A program made the translations under genes and the position numbers. Source: an uncultured Gemmatimonadales bacterium (GTDB lineage Bacteria; Gemmatimonadota; Gemmatimonadetes; Longimicrobiales; RSA9). Taken from it: a stretch of DNA of 64,000 bases. Below are positions 57,745-64,000 of this stretch, piece by piece (positions within the stretch are counted from its first letter, which is position 1; the number at the start of each line of letters is the position of its first letter). The stretch is from NCBI GenBank assembly GCA_963708135.1, contig OY970192.1, positions 5,088,001 through 5,152,000 on the forward strand, written 5' to 3'. Below the pieces are notes generated by a model that did no database searches, was not told the DNA's origin, and saw only the letters and a program-made list of their open reading frames with translations.

Positions 57745-59774
57745 CTAGACCGAAGTTCCAGCGCGAGATTGGTATTAACTTGTTGCTGCCGATGCGGTTA
57801 GCTCTGGCAGCGGGTGCTTCGGTTCTGTCTACAACCGGCCGGAGAGCCCCAGGAGCTCGAAAGCTCGGCGCTGCAGGGGCGTCGGTTCAGTGACGAGATC
57901 GAAGGTGGCCTCCGCGAGGCCGGGTGGGCTGCAGCGGTTCCTGGCGAGCGTGGCGAGGTCGGCCATGAGAGTGTGGAAGTCGTGGACGACCTCGCCGTTC
58001 TGCGTCCGCTTGGTGGCCGCCTTCTCCTCGGCGCCCCGGGAGCGCTGCGCCCGCGCGACGACCGAGGGGCGGCGGGCGCGGCCGGCGTCGGGCTCTCCGT
58101 CGCGGAAGAGGAGCGGAGCGAGGGCGCCCTGCATGTGCCAGAGGACATAGTAGGCCAGCATGCAGAGGAAGACGTGCGCGCGGACCCGGTCCGGGAGCCG
58201 GTGGTGAATCGGCCGCACCTCGAGGTCCACGGTTTTGAAACTGCGGAAGGCGCGCTCGATCCGGGCGAGATCCTTGTAGGCCTGGACGGCTGCCTCGCTG
58301 CCCAGCATGTCCGCGGGCACGCTGGTGCGGATCACGTAGACGCCGTCGAGGCTCGCTTCGCCCTCGATGCGCTCGGTGTTGCGGCGAAAGGTGAAACTCT
58401 CGTCGGTGATCTCGTAGTAGAAGTGCTTGCCCATCTTGTAGCGGCCGAGCACCCGGCCCACCCGGATCCCGATGGTGTCTTTGCCACGGAGCGGTCGGCG
58501 TTCGCGCAGGGTGGCCTTGCGGATCTTCTCCAACTCCCGCTCCGTACAGGCGAGCAGTTCGGCTCGCTTGCGCGCCCGCTCCTCGGCCAGGAAGGGATTC
58601 TTGCAGGCGATGAGCCGCTCTCCCGGGTGGTCTGCCGAGGTGATCTCAAAGAGGTCTTGCTCGTCGAAGAGCGAGAGCTGAAGCACCTCTTCCTCGACGA
58701 GGCTCGCAATGGCGGGAGCGCGCAGCGCACTGATCCAATCCAGCCCCTCCACCGGCCGCAGTTCGTCGCGGATGCGCGCCTCGGTGAGGAGCCCCCGGTC
58801 CGCCACAAACACCACCCGCCTCAGTCCGAAGCGGTCGCGCACCTTGTGGATCGCCGCGGCAAGCGTGGTCGGATCCGCCGTGTTGCCGGGGAACACCTCC
58901 ACGGCCACCGGACAGCCGTCGCCGGCGCACAACAGCCCGACCACGATCTGCAGCTTGTCTTTCTTCCCGTCGCGGCTGTGGCCGAGCTTGGCCAACGGGC
59001 AGCTGCGCCCTTCGAAGTACGTGGATGTCACGTCGTAGAGGAGCAGCGTGCCCTCCTTCAAGTGCCGCTCGGCCAGTGTGCGCTCGATCCGCCCCTGCCG
59101 CTGCCCCAGCCAGTCCAGCGCCGGATAGAGATCGTCCGCCGTAACCTCTCCCAGCTCGAGCACCTCCCCGAGCGTCGAGGTGGCCGTCGCCCGGGCCAGC
59201 CGGCGGGCGGTGGCCAGCTTCGAGGAAGGCTCCAGGATCCGGGAGACGATCATGCCCACCACCCGGTCCCGCTCGGGCGTGCGCCGGCTCGAGAGCAGCC
59301 GCTCGAGCCCCAGCTTCCGAAGCGTTCCCAGCACGGCCACCACATGCCCGTGCGGCAGGGTCCGCAGAACCCGCACACCCGCCTCCTCGGCGGGCACGAA
59401 GCGCTCGCCCCGCAACGCCCTCCGCACGAGCTCGATCACCGCGGGCGGCAGGTGCGAGATGTTGCCGACGGTCTCGTTCTTGACCTTGCCGCCTTCGCGG
59501 TACGTGCGGCGCAGCAGGTGAGTGACGTAGACCTTGCCCTTGTAGTGGCGGCGGGAGGTGGCCACGTGGACGGGGCCGGACCGAGCGGGCAAGGGGCAGC
59601 TCCGGGCGCATGGTTACCGTCTACAGTACACATGAAGCTACAGATTGGGGTGCACCCATGTCAATGGTCTTGATAGCTTCACGTTAGTGACTACATCCTG
59701 CAGCGCGAAATGGGGCTCAACCCCTTGCCCACCAAAGGATTGCACCCCTATCGTCCGGCGGAACTTCCGCCTAG
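57745..59774 (-). mobile_element. IS1634-family IS, copy 3 (inverted)
   Basis: Reverse complement of copy 1; CTAG at 57745 and at 59771, the latter containing the gntR stop codon. Confidence 0.9.
57829..59592 (-). CDS. IS1634-family transposase (identical protein)
   Basis: Identical translation to 553..2316. Confidence 0.9.
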   Translation of the reverse strand: MPARSGPVHVATSRRHYKGKVYVTHLLRRTYREGGKVKNETVGNISHLPPAVIELVRRALRGERFVPAEEAGVRVLRTLPHGHVVAVLGTLRKLGLERLLSSRRTPERDRVVGMIVSRILEPSSKLATARRLARATATSTLGEVLELGEVTADDLYPALDWLGQRQGRIERTLAERHLKEGTLLLYDVTSTYFEGRSCPLAKLGHSRDGKKDKLQIVVGLLCAGDGCPVAVEVFPGNTADPTTLAAAIHKVRDRFGLRRVVFVADRGLLTEARIRDELRPVEGLDWISALRAPAIASLVEEEVLQLSLFDEQDLFEITSADHPGERLIACKNPFLAEERARKRAELLACTERELEKIRKATLRERRPLRGKDTIGIRVGRVLGRYKMGKHFYYEITDESFTFRRNTERIEGEASLDGVYVIRTSVPADMLGSEAAVQAYKDLARIERAFRSFKTVDLEVRPIHHRLPDRVRAHVFLCMLAYYVLWHMQGALAPLLFRDGEPDAGRARRPSVVARAQRSRGAEEKAATKRTQNGEVVHDFHTLMADLATLARNRCSPPGLAEATFDLVTEPTPLQRRAFELLGLSGRL

Positions 59775-60478
59775 AGCAGGCCGCGCTCGCCGGCCAGCGC
59801 GATGATCCGACAGAACCGCTCGGCGGCGTTGCGCCAGTTGGTTTCGACGGCGCGCTGTGCCGCGTCGCCCTCGCCTGCGGCGATCGCCTCGACGAGGATG
59901 GCGTGCTCCTCGACGGCGGCGGACGATGGGTCGCTCATCATCGTCATGTAGAGGCGCTCGTAGCGCTCCGCCTGGGGCTTCACCGCCCGGTGCAGGGCCA
60001 GCAGCCGCGGGCCGGCGGCGCGCTCCACGAGCGCCCGGTGGAAGGCAATGTCGAGCTCGTTTGCGCGCGGCGCGTCGGACCGCCCGTGCTGCAGGGCGGC
60101 GGCGAAACGGTCGTTGGTTTCGCCCATCTCGGTGCTCAGCGCCTGGCGTTCGGCCGGGTCGAGCGCGGCGGCGGAGCGCGCGGCCACGCCCTCGAGCGAG
60201 CCCAGGATCGCGAAGATCTCGCGGACGTCGTCCATGGTGAGCGGCGCGACGCGAGCCCGGGAATACGTCCCGATCAGCACCGTCGTGACGAAGCCGGCGT
60301 GCTCGAGGCGCTGGAGCGCGGCGCGGACGTGGGAGCGGCTCAGCCCGAGCTGGCCGGCGAGCTCGCTCTCGATCAGCGTCGCGCCCGGCGCCAGCCGGCC
60401 CTCGACGATCCAGTCACGGATCCGGTCGTACGCCTGCCGGGCGAGACGCCTGCGAGGTCCGCCGCTGGATTTCGGCAT
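59771..60478 (-). CDS. GntR-family regulator (FCD domain)
   Basis: AYDRIRDWIVEGRLAPG..ESELA..SRSHVRAALQRL; AFHRAL, EEHAIL. Confidence 0.9.
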   Translation of the reverse strand: MPKSSGGPRRRLARQAYDRIRDWIVEGRLAPGATLIESELAGQLGLSRSHVRAALQRLEHAGFVTTVLIGTYSRARVAPLTMDDVREIFAILGSLEGVAARSAAALDPAERQALSTEMGETNDRFAAALQHGRSDAPRANELDIAFHRALVERAAGPRLLALHRAVKPQAERYERLYMTMMSDPSSAAVEEHAILVEAIAAGEGDAAQRAVETNWRNAAERFCRIIALAGERGLL

Positions 60479-60481
60479 CGG

Positions 60482-61771
60482 TCAACTGACGGGCGGCTTG
60501 GTCTCCTCGATCGACAGCCTGACGAGCTGCATGAACTTCTGGCGCGGGTTGCGGCCGCGCGGCGTCTGCGTGAAGATGAGCCCGATGACGTCGTTGGCCG
60601 GATCCACCCAGGCGAAGGTGCCGTCGGAGCCCCCGTGGGAGTAAATCCCGTCCTCGCCGATCATCCAGCCGTAGCCGTAGCCGGGCCCGCCGGCCGGGGT
60701 TTGCCGCGACGTCATGAGCTGCACGGTCTCCGGCTTGAGCAGCCGGCTGGTCCCGTAAATCCCGCCGTTCAGGAAGGTCTGGAGGAAGATCGCGTAGTCC
60801 CACGCGGTCGAGATCAGGCCGCCGGAGGCGCGCACGAACGGCACCTGCGGCGGATCGCCAGGTGTCCATCCCGCCACCCACTGGCCGTTCTTCCGCTCGT
60901 AATAGACGGCGCCCATGCGCTGGAGCTTGCCGTCGAGCTTCTCGGCGACCTCCCAGTTGTAGGTGTCGACCATGCCGAGCGGGCGGTAGACCTCGTCGTG
61001 GAGGAAGTCGGCGAGCGGCCGGCCGGACGCGATCTCGACCAGCGCCCCCAGCGTGTTGAAGCCCGGATTGCTGTAGCTGTAGGAGGTGCCGGGCGTGACG
61101 GCCGCCCCGACATCGCCGAAGCGCGCCACCTCGAGCTGCAGCGTCGGGGCGTCCGGATGCTCCGCGGACTTCGTCATGTACGGCTCGAGGAACAGCGAAT
61201 TGATGCGGAACCCGCTCGTGTGGCTGAGCAGGTGGCGGATCAGGATGAAGCCTGACTTGTAGTTGTCGAACGACGAAATGTACTTCCGAACGGGGTCCTC
61301 GTAGCCGAGCTTGCCGCGCTCGACCAGCTCAGACACCGCCGTCGCGATCACCGGCTTGGTGTTCGAGGCCATGCGAAACATCGTGTTCTTTTCCATGGGG
61401 AGGTTGGCCTCGCGGTTGCGCAGGCCGACCGCCTCTTGGAGCACGACCTTGCCGTGGCGGGCGACGAGAACGACCGCGCCGACGAGGTCGCCACGCGCGA
61501 CCGCCTCCCGGTACAGCCCGACACCCGCCTCGAGCACGGCGGGCGACATTCCGACTTCCTGCGGCGTGCCGGTCGTGAGTGTGACGCCCGTCGTCGGCGC
61601 CGGCGCGCTCTTCGTCCGGCCGCGGCCCTGGGCCGACAGCGGCGCGACTTGCAGGGCGAGCAGGACGAGGGCGAGCGTGACGAATCGGCCCCAACAGAAC
61701 GGCATGCGCACACCCGTGAGCCTGCCGGCGGGCGGCCGCACCGCGACCCGTGATCCCGTGATCTCGTTCAT
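60482..61771 (-). CDS. Serine hydrolase, beta-lactamase family
   Basis: FRMASNTK (SxxK), LLSHTSG, YSN, HGG; start uncertain. Confidence 0.88.
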   Translation of the reverse strand: MNEITGSRVAVRPPAGRLTGVRMPFCWGRFVTLALVLLALQVAPLSAQGRGRTKSAPAPTTGVTLTTGTPQEVGMSPAVLEAGVGLYREAVARGDLVGAVVLVARHGKVVLQEAVGLRNREANLPMEKNTMFRMASNTKPVIATAVSELVERGKLGYEDPVRKYISSFDNYKSGFILIRHLLSHTSGFRINSLFLEPYMTKSAEHPDAPTLQLEVARFGDVGAAVTPGTSYSYSNPGFNTLGALVEIASGRPLADFLHDEVYRPLGMVDTYNWEVAEKLDGKLQRMGAVYYERKNGQWVAGWTPGDPPQVPFVRASGGLISTAWDYAIFLQTFLNGGIYGTSRLLKPETVQLMTSRQTPAGGPGYGYGWMIGEDGIYSHGGSDGTFAWVDPANDVIGLIFTQTPRGRNPRQKFMQLVRLSIEETKPPVS

Positions 61772-61826
61772 GTCTCTCCGTTCGGGCGAAGGGGGTATGG
61801 CGCCGGCCACCACGCGGCCGGCTCGC

Positions 61827-63155
61827 CTAGCCATTCAGGTTCGGGTTGGTGCCACGCTCGACGTCCGGCAGCTTGAGGCACGTGGTCGAGCCGTACGGCA
61901 CCCCGGTGTGGTCGACGCCGTTGGGGTCGATCGAGCCGGGCTCGCCCTTGTACGGCACGGCCCACTCTGTGTCGCGGAAACGGAAGTGGTCGTTGAACCG
62001 GTTACCGCCTTCGAGGAAAAGCTCGCGCCGCCGCTCCTCGATCACCTGGCGCACGACCTCGCTCTGGGTCGCCGTGCCGGCGGCGTCGTAGCCGGGGATG
62101 CCGGCGGCGGCGTGCAGGTCGTTGATGATGCCACGCGCCGTCGTGAGATCGCCGCTACGCGCGGACGCCTCGGCGAGGATGAGCTGCGTCTCTTTGTAGG
62201 ACGTCACCGGGACGGCTTCCGCGCGCGAGGTGGCCTTGTTCGCCGGATACCAGAACACCGTGGCGTTGTCGTTCGACACCTTGTTCGCGGTGGTCACCTC
62301 GACGCGCGGGTCCGGCACGCCTTCCCAGCGCACGTCGCGGTAGTCCGGGGCAATGGACGCGTTCCGGCCGTAGGTGGCGCATGTCAAGTTCGCGCACAGC
62401 TGGTTGTAGCGGCGCGAAGCCGTCTCGTCGCGCGTGGCGTTCTTGACGTAGCCGGCGGGCACGAGGGACGCATCCGCAATGGCGCCCGGGAAGTCCTTCA
62501 GGTCGAGGCGGATGCGGGCCCGGCCCGCAAGCGCCATGTTCTGGATGTCGGCCAGGTTGGCCTGCCTGGCGAGCGCGAGGCCCTCGGTGAACCTGGTCTC
62601 GGCCAGCCTCATCACCTCCTCGCGCGTCATCAGCGGGCCGTTGTCGACCGCCATCTCGCAGAAGCCCTCGGCGAGGGCGAGCAACGCGTAGGCGCCGTAG
62701 ACCCGGACCGTGGCCAGGTCCTTCGTCTTGTCGGGCACTGCAGCATCCGGGAAGTTCGAGATGCGGTTGTAGATGTCCTCGGCCTGGAAGCGCGCGATGT
62801 GCAGCGGGCTGTACATGCCATAGGGCGATTCGCAGCCGGAGGTCGAATAGCTGGCGTCGGACGAGTCGATGCGCCGGGTGCCCCAGTTGCGCTGGTTGAG
62901 GTTGCCCGACGCCTGGATGAACTCGTCGGAGAGGAGCGCGGTTCCGGCGACGTAGCTCGCCCACGCGCACTCGAAGTCCGCGATGACGCTCTGCGTCAGG
63001 ACGGGTGCCAGGGCCGGGTCGTTCAGTGCCTCGTCGGGGACGTTGCCGGGGAGGCGCACGCCGAGAAGGTCGCCCACGTTGCACCCGGCGAGGGCGAAGC
63101 ACGCGAGCAGCAGCAGGGCCACGTGGGCCAGAGAACGGCGGGCACGGATACGCAT
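61827..63155 (-). CDS. RagB/SusD-family outer-membrane lipoprotein
   Basis: Lipobox LAGC; LILAEA...ERRRELFLEGGNRFND. Confidence 0.85.
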   Translation of the reverse strand: MRIRARRSLAHVALLLLACFALAGCNVGDLLGVRLPGNVPDEALNDPALAPVLTQSVIADFECAWASYVAGTALLSDEFIQASGNLNQRNWGTRRIDSSDASYSTSGCESPYGMYSPLHIARFQAEDIYNRISNFPDAAVPDKTKDLATVRVYGAYALLALAEGFCEMAVDNGPLMTREEVMRLAETRFTEGLALARQANLADIQNMALAGRARIRLDLKDFPGAIADASLVPAGYVKNATRDETASRRYNQLCANLTCATYGRNASIAPDYRDVRWEGVPDPRVEVTTANKVSNDNATVFWYPANKATSRAEAVPVTSYKETQLILAEASARSGDLTTARGIINDLHAAAGIPGYDAAGTATQSEVVRQVIEERRRELFLEGGNRFNDHFRFRDTEWAVPYKGEPGSIDPNGVDHTGVPYGSTTCLKLPDVERGTNPNLNG

Positions 63156-63214
63156 GGTCGGATCCTCTCCTGAGCGGGCCGCGCGCGGGCGGCCGCGACG
63201 GGTTGCGGTCATCG

Positions 63215-64000
63215 TCACAGGGTCACCCGGATGGTCACGAGGAACCGCCTGAGCTGCGGCCACCCCTCCTGGTAGTATGCATTCGAGTCGCTGCCGTTGT
63301 CGCGCACCTCGGTGTCCACCTGATGGACGCCGAAGTCACCCCACTGTGCGCGCCAGATCGTCCACAGATTCTGCGCCGAGAAGGTCAGTGAGGTGCGCGA
63401 CAGGCGGAACCGCTGGGACAGGCGCTGGGGCAGCGTGTACGTCGCCGACAGGTCACGCAGCTTGGCGAATCCCGCATCGATCGTCCCGGGCTGGCGGCGG
63501 ATGTCGAGGATATCGTAGGCAAGGAGGATCGGGTCGTTGCCCTCGAGGATCGCGCGCTGGTTGCGGAAGGACATGAGAGAGGCCCGGATGTCGCCGCTCA
63601 GAAGCGTGTTGCCGCCGACGTAGTCGGCTTGGGCGTAGAGCTGGAGGTTCCGGAAGAGCGTCAGTGTCGCGTTCGCGGACCCCTCCCACGTCGGCTGTGC
63701 CGAGCCCCAGTAGACCTGCGGTGCGCCGGCGCAGGGTACCGGTGCACCGCCGCCGGGCGAGAAGTTGCTGCCGGCGATCCGCTCGCCACCCTCGCACATC
63801 ATGTTGATCGCCCGCGGCGTCGCGCCAGTCCGGTCGATGTCCGCAGAGACAACGCGCGTCATGAAGATGCTGCCGAGAGGATAGCCGATGACGTTGTAGC
63901 GGCCGTACGGCGCGTTCAGCACAAGGGACGTGGGCCCGCCGAGGGTCACGACCTCGTTCGTGTTATGGGAGTAGGTGAAACCGAGATTCAACTGTGCGTT
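63215..64000 (-). CDS. SusC/RagA TonB-dependent transporter, C-terminal part (runs off the window)
   Basis: FAKLRDLSATYTLP, SAQNLWT, beta-barrel C-terminus; directly upstream of susD. Confidence 0.85.
   Translation of the reverse strand, partial: NAQLNLGFTYSHNTNEVVTLGGPTSLVLNAPYGRYNVIGYPLGSIFMTRVVSADIDRTGATPRAINMMCEGGERIAGSNFSPGGGAPVPCAGAPQVYWGSAQPTWEGSANATLTLFRNLQLYAQADYVGGNTLLSGDIRASLMSFRNQRAILEGNDPILLAYDILDIRRQPGTIDAGFAKLRDLSATYTLPQRLSQRFRLSRTSLTFSAQNLWTIWRAQWGDFGVHQVDTEVRDNGSDSNAYYQEGWPQLRRFLVTIRVTL

Overview
GC-rich bacterial window; SusC/SusD genes and an ADOP-type permease fragment suggest Gemmatimonadota (inference). It is dominated by a ~39-kb CRISPR-Cas island at ~13.2-52.5 kb. A fused tandem-WYL (PafB-PafC-like) regulator is divergent from a type I-G (I-U) operon, and a type III-C module (cmr1-cmr6-cas10/csx11-cmr4-cmr5-cmr3, damaged by a deletion) is nested between csb2 and cas3. 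Downstream are a second, decayed I-G system, cas4/cas1, cas2 and a ~67-repeat array interrupted by two IS4 elements. About ten toxin-antitoxin modules or remnants flank or interleave the cas genes. IS1634 copies (a tandem dimer on the left, an inverted copy on the right) bracket the region, and IS630 and IS1182 disrupt the second cas cluster; all three families sit in CTAG sites. The most striking observation is an exact actinobacterial PafBC/RecA-NDp promoter motif (TGTCGG-N10-TANNNT) between the PafBC-like gene and the cas operon, pointing at cas7. This suggests a DNA-damage/ssDNA-inducible CRISPR-Cas locus. All calls come from reading the sequence and recognising motifs; no database search was run.
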